Both the position numbers and the translations under genes were made by a program. Shown here piece after piece: positions 9,365 to 18,137 of a DNA stretch of 43,179 nt (position 1 is its first letter; every line of letters begins with the position of its first letter). The notes beneath the pieces are model-generated. The model made no database searches. It saw nothing but the letters and a program-made list of their open reading frames with translations, and had not been told where the DNA came from. This DNA comes from an uncultured bacterium (GTDB lineage: Bacteria > Auribacterota > Erginobacteria > Erginobacterales > Erginobacteraceae): contig CAWGIE010000038.1 of assembly GCA_963822585.1 (NCBI GenBank), forward strand, positions 1 to 43,179, given 5' to 3'.

Positions 9365-10204
9365 ATGCAGCGAATATTTTCTGCCATTCTCTTTCTGCTC
9401 TTCTTTACATCGGATTCTCCTGCGGGAGCCGATGAAATCGGACGGATAGAACTCGGTGACCGGGAGCTGGTCCGGTACCATTGCCGGCTTGCCGACAGAC
9501 AGGCGATACGCTGGGAGGGGGAACGGCGGGTGGAGCCGCTGATGAATGCTCCTTCGGACAGCTACACCGTCAGCTACCGGGAAGAGGGGATCTTCGGTGA
9601 AGAAAACCGGAAAGAATGCCGCCTGATCGAGTCCCGTTTTACGCTCACCGGAGGGAACCTGTCGCCTCTCCGGTCGCGGGAAATCATCCGGAATAAGGCG
9701 GAAAAAGTTGTCACTACTCTTGAGATAACATTTGACCGCGACCGGGGAGAGGTGCGGACAAAGACCGTCCGGGCCAAAGACGGCGTCAGCCGGACCGACC
9801 GCTTCCCCCTGGAACCCCGGATGGTATATACCCAGGAACTCTGGCTGCTGCTGCGCTCCTTCCCCTTCCCCCGGCCGGGAGAGGAGCGCGGTGAAATGAC
9901 CTGCGAGATCCTCACCGATAAACCTGCTTCATATTCTCTGCTGATACAATATGATGGGGAAGAAGACGTAACCACGCCGGCGGGCACTTTCTCCTGCCAC
10001 CGGCTGCGGATGATCCCCGATCTGGGGGTGCTGACCTGGCTGGGGAAACTGGCGGCCCCGACCATCTACCTGTGGTTTGCCGCCGACCCGCCTCATCACT
10101 GGATCCGCTACGCCGGACCGGAGAGCGGACCCGGGACACCGGAAGTCGTCATCGAAGCGGAGCTGATCACGGAGTGGTCCCAGCCCACTCTGAAAGTGGA
10201 ATAA
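9365..10204 (+). CDS. Secreted beta-rich protein, DUF3108-like
   Basis: Signal peptide; GEEDVTTPAGTFSC..L and IYLWF.ADPPH segments resemble DUF3108-type proteins. Confidence 0.6.
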   Translation: MQRIFSAILFLLFFTSDSPAGADEIGRIELGDRELVRYHCRLADRQAIRWEGERRVEPLMNAPSDSYTVSYREEGIFGEENRKECRLIESRFTLTGGNLSPLRSREIIRNKAEKVVTTLEITFDRDRGEVRTKTVRAKDGVSRTDRFPLEPRMVYTQELWLLLRSFPFPRPGEERGEMTCEILTDKPASYSLLIQYDGEEDVTTPAGTFSCHRLRMIPDLGVLTWLGKLAAPTIYLWFAADPPHHWIRYAGPESGPGTPEVVIEAELITEWSQPTLKVE

Positions 10205-10314
10205 TATATTCTTGTCGTATAAAGGAGATCTTGTTAGTATGTTTTTTTTTCGTTGTCAGTGTTCAAAACTAACCCGATTTACGCATAAATCGGGTTCAAC
10301 CGGAAGGAGGAGAA

Positions 10315-11631
10315 ATGAACCGACCTAAATTGTGGGGTCTGGTTGTTCTCATAACCGGTGCTTCCGTCCTGCTGACACCGGCGCTCTATGCGGGCGGGTA
10401 TGAATGGGGAGGCCTGGGAAGCCGGGCCGCCGCCATGGGCGGGGCCTTCATCGGACTGGCCGACGACTGGACGGCCAGTTACTGGAACCCGGGCGGACTG
10501 GCCCAGCTGGAGGGCAACGGGGTCGGAGTCGACTTCCTCTCACCCCACGTCACCATCCGGGGCAGCAACTCGTTCGCCAACCTCCCGCCCTCGCCCGGGA
10601 CTTTCGAACGCTATAAATACACCAAAGACGTGTTTCTTAATTACAGCGGGGTAGAGCCGTATAGTTTCAGCAAGACCTCCACCGACTATGACTTTTACCA
10701 GCCGCAGGGCGCCGGCTGCTATTTATCGTTCCCGGAGTTTACCCTGGCGGTGACCGTTTATTCGCCAATGGGATATTACTCGGACTGGGACGACACCATT
10801 CCTTACGGGATGGGCATCATCTACGGTAAAAACTTCCAGGAGCTGATCATTGTCGAGACCCAGTTCACCATCGCCCGGCAGATCGTTCCCGGTCTTTTTG
10901 CCGGTGCCGGGGTAGGCATTATTTACGACCGGATTGAACGGGACGTGGACAAGGACGTCCAGAATTCGGGGATACTTGATTACCACTATGACTTCGATAT
11001 TAAAGACGACGGTTTCGGTGCGGAGGGGATGCTCGGCCTCCTCTATCAGATATCGGACATGATCAGCGTGGGCGGCGTCTACCGGACCGGGTCCACGGTC
11101 AAGATGACCGGGAAGGCCTCCAGCGACCTGACCCTGATGGGTCTTTCCGAAGATACGCACAATACCTATAAGTTCCGTCAGCCGCCGACCTGGGGGATCG
11201 GCTTCGCGGTCAAACCGATTAAAGACAAACTCACCCTGACCGCCGATTTTCAGCAGTCGCTCTGGTCGTTCTACCGGACCAACGTTCAGTACAACCAGGA
11301 CGGTGTGCTCCTGCAGAGTTCATCCTATGATGAAGACTGGCGGGACTCCAACCGGTACCGGGTCGGAGCGGAGTACATGCTGAAACCGAAGTGGGCAATC
11401 CGGGCCGGCTATTTCTTCGACGAATCCCCGCTCCCGAATAAAGCGGTCAGCCTGGCCCATATCGCCGACGTGGATCGGAACAACGTCACCTTCGGGACCG
11501 GCTTCGAGGTCGCCCGGGACCTGTCGCTCGACGTTCTGGGCGCGGTCGCCTGGGGAAGCCGGCACGCCAACGACGCGAATTTTGAACAGCATATCTGGGC
11601 GGTCGGACTGGATGCCACCTACCTTTTTTAA
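10315..11631 (+). CDS. Outer-membrane hydrophobic-substrate channel, OmpP1/FadL/TodX family
   Basis: Signal peptide; GSRAAAMGGA...ADD.TASYWNPGGL hatch motif; RAGYFFDESP; C-terminal YLF; strong RBS AAGGAGG. Confidence 0.9.
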   Translation: MNRPKLWGLVVLITGASVLLTPALYAGGYEWGGLGSRAAAMGGAFIGLADDWTASYWNPGGLAQLEGNGVGVDFLSPHVTIRGSNSFANLPPSPGTFERYKYTKDVFLNYSGVEPYSFSKTSTDYDFYQPQGAGCYLSFPEFTLAVTVYSPMGYYSDWDDTIPYGMGIIYGKNFQELIIVETQFTIARQIVPGLFAGAGVGIIYDRIERDVDKDVQNSGILDYHYDFDIKDDGFGAEGMLGLLYQISDMISVGGVYRTGSTVKMTGKASSDLTLMGLSEDTHNTYKFRQPPTWGIGFAVKPIKDKLTLTADFQQSLWSFYRTNVQYNQDGVLLQSSSYDEDWRDSNRYRVGAEYMLKPKWAIRAGYFFDESPLPNKAVSLAHIADVDRNNVTFGTGFEVARDLSLDVLGAVAWGSRHANDANFEQHIWAVGLDATYLF

Positions 11632-11648
11632 CCCGTTATTATAAAAAC

Positions 11649-11687
11649 AAAAAGCCCCCGGCTGCGACGCAGCCGGGGGCTTTTTTT
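11649..11687 (+). terminator. Rho-independent terminator, probably bidirectional
   Basis: aaaaa-gcccccggctgcg-a-cgcagccgggggc-ttttttt. Confidence 0.9.
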
Positions 11688-11718
11688 GTAGAGCAATCGG
11701 ATCTAAAAACAGATCCCG

Positions 11719-11865
11719 GAAATCCTAATATCTAAGCACCAAATTCTAAACAATATCAAATGACAAAAATCCATAATAGCAACACGCAAAACTGCCCTAT
11801 TTAAAACATTCGGTCATTTGGATTTAGGATTTATTTAGGATTTCGAAATTAGGATTTAGGATTTC
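11719..11865. repeat. Family C heptamer inverted element
   Basis: gaaatcctaatatctaagcaccaaattctaaa ... tttaggatttcgaaattaggatttaggatttc. Confidence 0.85.
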
Positions 11866-11926
11866 AGGCAAAATATTATAAAGACAAGTCTATCTATCCT
11901 TTGCGTGGGAAAAACTCAGACAACGC

Positions 11927-12877
11927 CTATCCTTTTAACCTCTTCCTCACCTCTTCCAGCTGCCCGGCGCTGCCCAGCACTTTGTTCTTGTGGGCAATGT
12001 ATTTGGCATACTCGGCCATGAATATCTTTCCCGGGGGGCGGAGATCGAAATTCTCCGGGTCATCCCGGAAACTCTCCCGGTGGACCCGGCACCATACCAA
12101 TCTCCCGTCGGTATCGATGTTGACCTTGGTAACACCCATCGTGGCCGCCTGACTGATCTGATCTTCATCCACGCCCTTGGCCCCCTTGATCTTTCCCCCG
12201 GCGGCGTTGATCCGGCGGACTTCATCCTGGGGGACGGAACTGGAGCCGTGCATCACGATCGGGAAACCGGGCAAAAGATCCCGGATCCCCTTGATAATCT
12301 CGAAATGAAGCCCCTGAGATCCGCTAAATTTGAAGGCTCCGTGACTGGTACCGAAGGCGCAGGCCAGACTGTCACATCCGGTGCGCCGGACAAACTCCTC
12401 GGCCTCTTTCGGATCGGTGAGATGGGCTTCACCCTCATCGACCGCGACATGTTCCTCGACCCCGCCCAGGGTTCCCAGCTCGGCTTCCACCGCGATCCCT
12501 TTGGCATGGGCCGCTTCCACCACTCTTTTGGTAATGGCAATATTCTCTTCGAAGTCCTTGCTGCTGGCGTCGATCATGACGGAACTGTAAAAGCCGCTCT
12601 CGATACAGTCCATGCAGGAGGCCTCATCGCCATGGTCCAGATGAACGGCATAGATCGCGTCCGGGAAGATCTCGTCGGCCGCCCTGATCATGGCCTCGAG
12701 CAGCCGCTTGTCGGTGTAAGACCGGGCGCCTTTTGAGATCTGGATGATGAAAGGCGCGGAGCTTTCCAAGTTTCCCTTGAAGAGCCCCATAATCTGTTCG
12801 GCGTTATTGATATTGTACGCTCCCAGGGCGTACTTGCCGTAGGCGTGTTTAAAAAGATCCTTGGTCGATACGATCAT
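11927..12877 (-). CDS. fba: Class II fructose-1,6-bisphosphate aldolase
   Basis: VHLDHG, SSVMIDAS, VEAELG, GTSHGAFK, VMHGSS, KVNIDTD. Confidence 0.96.
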   Translation of the reverse strand: MIVSTKDLFKHAYGKYALGAYNINNAEQIMGLFKGNLESSAPFIIQISKGARSYTDKRLLEAMIRAADEIFPDAIYAVHLDHGDEASCMDCIESGFYSSVMIDASSKDFEENIAITKRVVEAAHAKGIAVEAELGTLGGVEEHVAVDEGEAHLTDPKEAEEFVRRTGCDSLACAFGTSHGAFKFSGSQGLHFEIIKGIRDLLPGFPIVMHGSSSVPQDEVRRINAAGGKIKGAKGVDEDQISQAATMGVTKVNIDTDGRLVWCRVHRESFRDDPENFDLRPPGKIFMAEYAKYIAHKNKVLGSAGQLEEVRKRLKG

Positions 12878-13102
12878 ATCTACTCTCCTTCTATTAATTC
12901 TTTAAGCATCGGTGAGTTACAGAATATACCAGAATCGGAAGAAGGAGGTAAAGATTAAAGGTGGGGATACCGGCGGGGGTATTTTTCGGGTGGACCGCGC
13001 TCGGGCGGATGGAGCCGGTATTACCCCCGGCGCCGCGGCGGCGGCGAAAAAAAACATTCACCGTTCTTATTTTTCGGATATGGAATATTCTACCAAAGTT
13101 TA

Positions 13103-13140
13103 TCGGACAAGCCATGCTCGATCGAGCATGGCTTGTCCGA
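13103..13140. repeat. Perfect 38-bp palindrome
   Basis: tcggacaagccatgctcga|tcgagcatggcttgtccga. Confidence 0.95.
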
Positions 13141-13238
13141 CAGGTGACGAGAATCATGCCCCAAACGAATAATGGGAGAGAGCGAAAGGTGATCCTTCGG
13201 AGAACATACTCTTCGCATTCAGCCGCCGTAGCCAAAGA

Positions 13239-14222
13239 CTACTTTGGCGCAGAAGGCTGCCCGAGGTCTCCGGTGCAGGCGGATAAATAGGGACATTCCC
13301 CGCTTTTTCTGATGAATTCGCAATCCTTGTCGCACGGTTTCATTTTTATAGTGACCACGCTTTCCGGAACGCTGGCCAGGATATCGGCTTCCAGACGGGA
13401 AATCAGATCATGCCCTTCCCGGAAATGGATGTCTTCCGGCATGATGATATCGAGCTCGATGAATTTTTTCCTCCCCGCGACCCTGCTCTTCAGGTCTCCG
13501 AAGTCACAGTATTTTTCACTGTGCCGGGCAAGCAATTTGATCACTTCCATGCTGCTTCCCTCTTCTATCGTGGCATCCAGCAGCTTAAAAAACGCGCCTT
13601 TTGCCATCTTAAAAGACGGTACGGCAATAATGACACTTACCAGAAGCGTGGCGATCGGATCGACGTAAGGTACAGCCGCCGTTATATTGTTCGCCCGTAA
13701 AAGGAGGGAAATAATAAAAGAGGCCGCGACGGTCATCGATATGAAACCCTCTAATCGATAATGGACCCCTTCGGCGTGAATGGCCGGAGAGGCGCTTTTT
13801 TTGGCCATCTTGAAGATGTAATAAGCCCCCGCGAAATTGATGGAAAAATTAATGACGCTGGAGACAAGGCCGACACCGAAGAGATGGACATGCCGGGGGT
13901 GAAAAACGCCGATGACGGCCTGAAACGACATGGCCAGGGCGATGCCGATCAGGATCACCCCTTCCATGGCCTCGCAGACGTGCTCTATTTTGCTGTAGCC
14001 GTAATTGTGAAATAAATCTTCGGGGCGGTTGGCCATTTTTATCGAATGGTAAAGGATGATGGAAACCACCAGTCCCACGCACGATATGCCCAGATCCACG
14101 GCGATGGCGAGTGAGTTGACGAAAAGGAGGGTGACGATCTTGATCGAAAACAGAATAATGTTGCCGAAAAGGCTCACCTTAACGGCGCGCATCATGTAGG
14201 TTTCTTGAAGGGAAGATGTCAT
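13239..14222 (-). CDS. Cation diffusion facilitator (FieF-like) with an atypical metal site
   Basis: 6 TMs, NYGYSKIE motif, ZT-dimer-like C-terminal domain, Cys-rich tail. Confidence 0.88.
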   Translation of the reverse strand: MTSSLQETYMMRAVKVSLFGNIILFSIKIVTLLFVNSLAIAVDLGISCVGLVVSIILYHSIKMANRPEDLFHNYGYSKIEHVCEAMEGVILIGIALAMSFQAVIGVFHPRHVHLFGVGLVSSVINFSINFAGAYYIFKMAKKSASPAIHAEGVHYRLEGFISMTVAASFIISLLLRANNITAAVPYVDPIATLLVSVIIAVPSFKMAKGAFFKLLDATIEEGSSMEVIKLLARHSEKYCDFGDLKSRVAGRKKFIELDIIMPEDIHFREGHDLISRLEADILASVPESVVTIKMKPCDKDCEFIRKSGECPYLSACTGDLGQPSAPK

Positions 14223-14478
14223 AAGGCGCTCCCTGACGAGCGGTATCTCGATCGTGACGAATTATATCAAAGCGGCAATAAGAAACTCAATTCTAACGTT
14301 CTTTTTAAGGGGATACGCGGGGAAACGGGGAATCAAGTGGGGGAGCACACTTTCTCGTGCTCACGCGGATAAGAGGCAATGACTGAAGAAAGGGAAGCCG
14401 CAAAAAATGCCCTTTTCGGCTCCGGCGGACGACGGCCTATTACTCCCGCTTTCTCCCGGTGACGGCTTCTCCTTCCGT

Positions 14479-14910
14479 TCACGGTGTTTCTTGGGCGCTT
14501 TCATACAGCCACCGGAAGGGGCGCGGGGCGGTGAAGGGGCCTCCGGCGGCGCTCTCGGCCAGCGACCCCGCGAACTCCCGGTAATCCGGAGAGAATGTTC
14601 CCTCTATCCGCAATTCAGATCCCTCGGAATCGCCGTCCCCCGTCAGGAGAAGTTTCAGGGAACGGGTGGCGGGAACCTCCTCCTCGATGCCGAAACCGCC
14701 TCCATAAAAGATGTCCCCCTCCACCGTGATGGCATACCTCCCGGCCGCGGAAAAATATTCTCTCCATCCTCCCACTTTTTCATCGTGCCAGGAGCCGATT
14801 AACGCGTTCAATAACGTTGAGGTATCCCTCTTCTTCCCCGTATCCCCTCCCGGCCGCGAACAGCTTCCTCCCAGAATCAGAACCGCCGCGATCAGACAGA
14901 TTCTTTTCAT
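14479..14910 (-). CDS. Hypothetical lipoprotein
   Basis: MKRICLIAAVLILGGSC signal with lipobox-like end; starts 5 bp after the ACT gene. Confidence 0.7.
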   Translation of the reverse strand: MKRICLIAAVLILGGSCSRPGGDTGKKRDTSTLLNALIGSWHDEKVGGWREYFSAAGRYAITVEGDIFYGGGFGIEEEVPATRSLKLLLTGDGDSEGSELRIEGTFSPDYREFAGSLAESAAGGPFTAPRPFRWLYESAQETP

Positions 14911-14915
14911 TCGAT

Positions 14916-15407
14916 TTATAACCCCACGATTGAAAACACGATGTCCTCGACCACCCCGGCGGTCTCCAGTTTAATCAGGATCGGATCCAGCTCGCTGGGC
15001 GAACCCGCCAGCAGGTAGGTAAATCCGCGGGGTCTCGCATTCACCAGTTCGCTGGTTAAAAACGAATTTTCTCCCGCCACGTCGGAGGGGGCCAGTCTCC
15101 GGGTGGAACGGATGATCGCCGTCTTCCGCAGATTTTGAGATTCATACGGATGCTCTTCCAGGGATTTGACCTTGCTGAGCCGCCGGATCTTGCGGACCAT
15201 AACATCCTTTTCTTTCTCGCTGCAATGAAAAGTCATGACTACGCTGCCGTCAATCCCGGCCCGTTCTTCCAGCCCGTGGCCGACCACGGTATCGATACTG
15301 ATCCCTTCGTTACTGAAGGCCGAGGCGATACTGGTCAGCGCCCCGGACCGGTCGTAAACATGGGCCCGGAAGACCCAGTGCTGTTTTTCGTCTTTATTCA
15401 TAACCAC
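14916..15407 (-). CDS. ACT-domain protein resembling acetolactate synthase small subunit
   Basis: DRSGALTSIASAFSNEGISIDT...RKIRRLSKV ACT pattern; RBS GAGGAG. Confidence 0.75.
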   Translation of the reverse strand: MVMNKDEKQHWVFRAHVYDRSGALTSIASAFSNEGISIDTVVGHGLEERAGIDGSVVMTFHCSEKEKDVMVRKIRRLSKVKSLEEHPYESQNLRKTAIIRSTRRLAPSDVAGENSFLTSELVNARPRGFTYLLAGSPSELDPILIKLETAGVVEDIVFSIVGL

Positions 15408-15464
15408 GATCTCCTCAACATAATCTGCATGAAAACCATATCACATTGTAATGAATGTCATTAA

Positions 15465-15548
15465 AACCACGAAGGGCACGAAGTACACGAAGAAATTTAA
15501 TACACATAAATTGTTGATTTTTTAATTCAGCTTCGTGTTCTTCGTGGT
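15465..15548. repeat. Family A inverted repeat pair
   Basis: aaccacgaagggcacgaagtacacgaag / cttcgtgttcttcgtggt. Confidence 0.85.
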
Positions 15549-15612
15549 AATAATCAGTTGCCGTTAAACAAAATACACAGAATGGCTTTTTGGATAAAAT
15601 GCGGCGATTGCT

Positions 15613-17727
15613 TTATTTCGGGGGGCGATACCGCCGGGCGGTCTCCCGGCCGGAGAGAACGGCCTCCGCCCCGGCCGCCAGGGCCGCCATCTCCAGGTTC
15701 CCCTCGAAGGTCACCACCGGGGCCAGGTAGTTGACCAACCGCCGGACCCCGGTCCGGATCCGCTGGCTCCGGGTAAGTCCCCCGGTGAGAACGATCGCCT
15801 CCACGTCGCACCCCGCCGCCACGTACATCGCCCCGATCTCCTTGGCGATCTGGTAGATCATCGCCTCCACCGCGCGTTCTGCCTTCCCATCGCCTGCGGC
15901 GATCCGTTCTTCGATCACCTCCATGCGGTCTTCTCCCAGATACGACCGCAAACCGCCGTTCTCGGTCAGCTCTTCGATCAATTCCTCCCGTGAGAACCGT
16001 CCCGAATAGCAGATCTCGATCAGTCCGGACAACGGCAACCGGCCGGCCCGCCGGGGAGAAAAGGGACCTTCACCGAGAAACGCGATCGAGTTATCGATCA
16101 TTTTTCCCCCCTTGATGGCGGCGACCGTGATACCACCGCCCAGATGGGCGACAACCAGGTTCATGTCTTCCAGCGGGCGTTTGATCTGTTTGGCGGCCAG
16201 ACGGGCCGCGGCCTTCACGCTGAGAGCATGGGCGATACTGCGGCGGGCGATCCCGGCATAACCGGAGATCTCGGCCTCCGGGCTGAACTCGTCGACCGCC
16301 ACGGGATCGACCGTGACGGCGGGGGCCTGGTACTTTTCGGCCAGCGCCGCCGCTACCGGGATGCCGAAGTTGCCGGGATGGTTGTGCTCCGGGTGATCGA
16401 GCACCGCGGAGACGATCCCGCTATCCACGACTATCCGTTTTCCCCGTTTGCGGGCGATCGAATAGACCCCCCCGGATAATTTCTCCTCCGGCCGGGAAAG
16501 AAAACCGCCCCGGGCGGCGATCGCGTCGATCCGCCGGATCCCCCAGCCGCTGACGATCTTCCCGGCGCGGAGAGCCAGATCGGCGGCGATCCGTTCACCT
16601 TCCTTCCGGCTGCCGGCAGCGGGGATCGCAGCGGCCTCTTCCGTGGAATGAAGGACCCGGTCGCCGGCAAAGAGGGCAATCTTGATCGACGTCGAGCCCG
16701 GATTATAGACCAGTATCCGGGGTTCTTTGCGGGAAGGAGGTTCAGATAGCCGGGGCGCCGCGGCCTGCCAGTGGGAAACCCGCTGGGCGAAAACACTGCA
16801 GAGAGCGATCGACTCCAGCCGCGTTTCCAGTGTGTCCGAGCGGGAAAGAATGATAAAGGGGAAGGGGAAACCCACGGTGATCCCGGCCAGCGACGCCTGC
16901 CCGTACTTGTTCAGGGCGGTGATGGTCTTATAGAGGGCGTTGGCGGTATCGATCCCCGGACAGACCAGGATGTCCGCCTGGCCGGCGACCTCGCGGGCGG
17001 CGGGATTGGAGGGGACTCCTTTCATGGCCACGGATTCGGGGTCGGTGGCCAGGTCGAAGGAGAGCGGCCCGTAGACGATCGCGTCCGTCCAGGTGCGCCG
17101 GGAAAGCTGGGCGCCCAGCCGGGTGGAGGGAAGGGAGGCGATCTGCTTCTCGTTGGCCGAAAGGATCGCCACCCGGGGCCGTTTGATTCCCATCACTATC
17201 TGGGCGAGATCGACGGCATTTTTGATCAGGTCCACCATCCGGCCGAAGTTACAGATGGTGGTGAAACCGGCGTCGGTAAGGATCATGGGACGCCCGGAGG
17301 AGATCGGCGCCGCGTCGAAAATAGTCGCCAGGCTCACCGTCGAGCGGATCGCCAGAGGACGCAGGGCGCGATTGATGATCGGGGTGGAGATGTTGCCCTT
17401 GAGAACGATATCGGCTTCCCGGCGCTTAACCAGATCGACGGTCCGCGCCGCCGTCTCCTCGGCGCTCCCGGCGGCCACGATATCTTTCCGGTTAACAACG
17501 ACGCCCACCTCGGCAATGCCCCGCTCGATCGCTTCCCGGTCGCCGACCAGGATGATCCGATCGACAATCCCGTGATCCCGGGCCGCCTCGACCAGCTCCA
17601 GGTCCTCGATCCGGTCCCCGCCCGGCACGATGACCGAAGAGGGAGGAAGATGTCCGGCGATATCGACCAGATCGGCGACCGATCTTAAAATCTCCGGCTC
17701 CTCGCCGGCGCCTTTCGCCTCATTCAT
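15613..17727 (-). CDS. Fused phosphate butyryl/acyltransferase - butyrate kinase
   Basis: N-half TDAG, GPLSFDLA, GQADILVCP, SRSD (Ptb); C-half NPGSTSIK, ARGG, DPVAVDE, HLGGGIT, GEGPFSP, LTGGL (Buk); one 704-aa ORF. Confidence 0.9.
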   Translation of the reverse strand: MNEAKGAGEEPEILRSVADLVDIAGHLPPSSVIVPGGDRIEDLELVEAARDHGIVDRIILVGDREAIERGIAEVGVVVNRKDIVAAGSAEETAARTVDLVKRREADIVLKGNISTPIINRALRPLAIRSTVSLATIFDAAPISSGRPMILTDAGFTTICNFGRMVDLIKNAVDLAQIVMGIKRPRVAILSANEKQIASLPSTRLGAQLSRRTWTDAIVYGPLSFDLATDPESVAMKGVPSNPAAREVAGQADILVCPGIDTANALYKTITALNKYGQASLAGITVGFPFPFIILSRSDTLETRLESIALCSVFAQRVSHWQAAAPRLSEPPSRKEPRILVYNPGSTSIKIALFAGDRVLHSTEEAAAIPAAGSRKEGERIAADLALRAGKIVSGWGIRRIDAIAARGGFLSRPEEKLSGGVYSIARKRGKRIVVDSGIVSAVLDHPEHNHPGNFGIPVAAALAEKYQAPAVTVDPVAVDEFSPEAEISGYAGIARRSIAHALSVKAAARLAAKQIKRPLEDMNLVVAHLGGGITVAAIKGGKMIDNSIAFLGEGPFSPRRAGRLPLSGLIEICYSGRFSREELIEELTENGGLRSYLGEDRMEVIEERIAAGDGKAERAVEAMIYQIAKEIGAMYVAAGCDVEAIVLTGGLTRSQRIRTGVRRLVNYLAPVVTFEGNLEMAALAAGAEAVLSGRETARRYRPPK

Positions 17728-17894
17728 TCCGGTTCCTCATATTAGAAAGATACCCGCGGAAATTCGTTCTACCTGCCGAAAAGAATAACACCTCTCCCCG
17801 CAATCGGTAAATACTTTTTCCCGGGTAAAGGGGCGGTCCGGAGTATCGAACTAATCAATTGATTTTACGAGTGTAATTGATATACCAGTACTTG

Positions 17895-17949
17895 CTGTTT
17901 CGGAATTTCAATAATCGGATAAAATCCGATTATTGAACTCCCGAAACAG
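17895..17949. repeat. 26-bp imperfect inverted repeat (24/26); solo arms at ~23546-23566 and ~37893-37919
   Basis: ctgtttcggaatttcaataatcggat-aaa-atccgattattgaactcccgaaacag. Confidence 0.85.
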
Positions 17950-18137
17950 ACGAAAAAGCATCCGGGAAAAAATATTTAGTTTTTGCTCTGTTAAACCAAG
18001 GGCTTACCGTTATGGACTGATCAATTGAATTTGAACTGATTATCAGAATGTTATCAATTTATAAATGTTCTAAAAAATGCAATTTCCTACATTAGCGGCG
18101 CAGACGCTAATGTACTTCAATCATCAAGGTCGTCCTT

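Noticed and set aside
12894..13290. Short ORFs between fba and the CDF gene
   Set aside because: Overlapping frames on both strands crossing a perfect palindrome, with no motif or convincing RBS.
17985..18020. Possible BirA operator (tgttaaac...) upstream of the YigM-like gene
   Set aside because: The second half-site does not match, and this BirA has no DNA-binding HTH.
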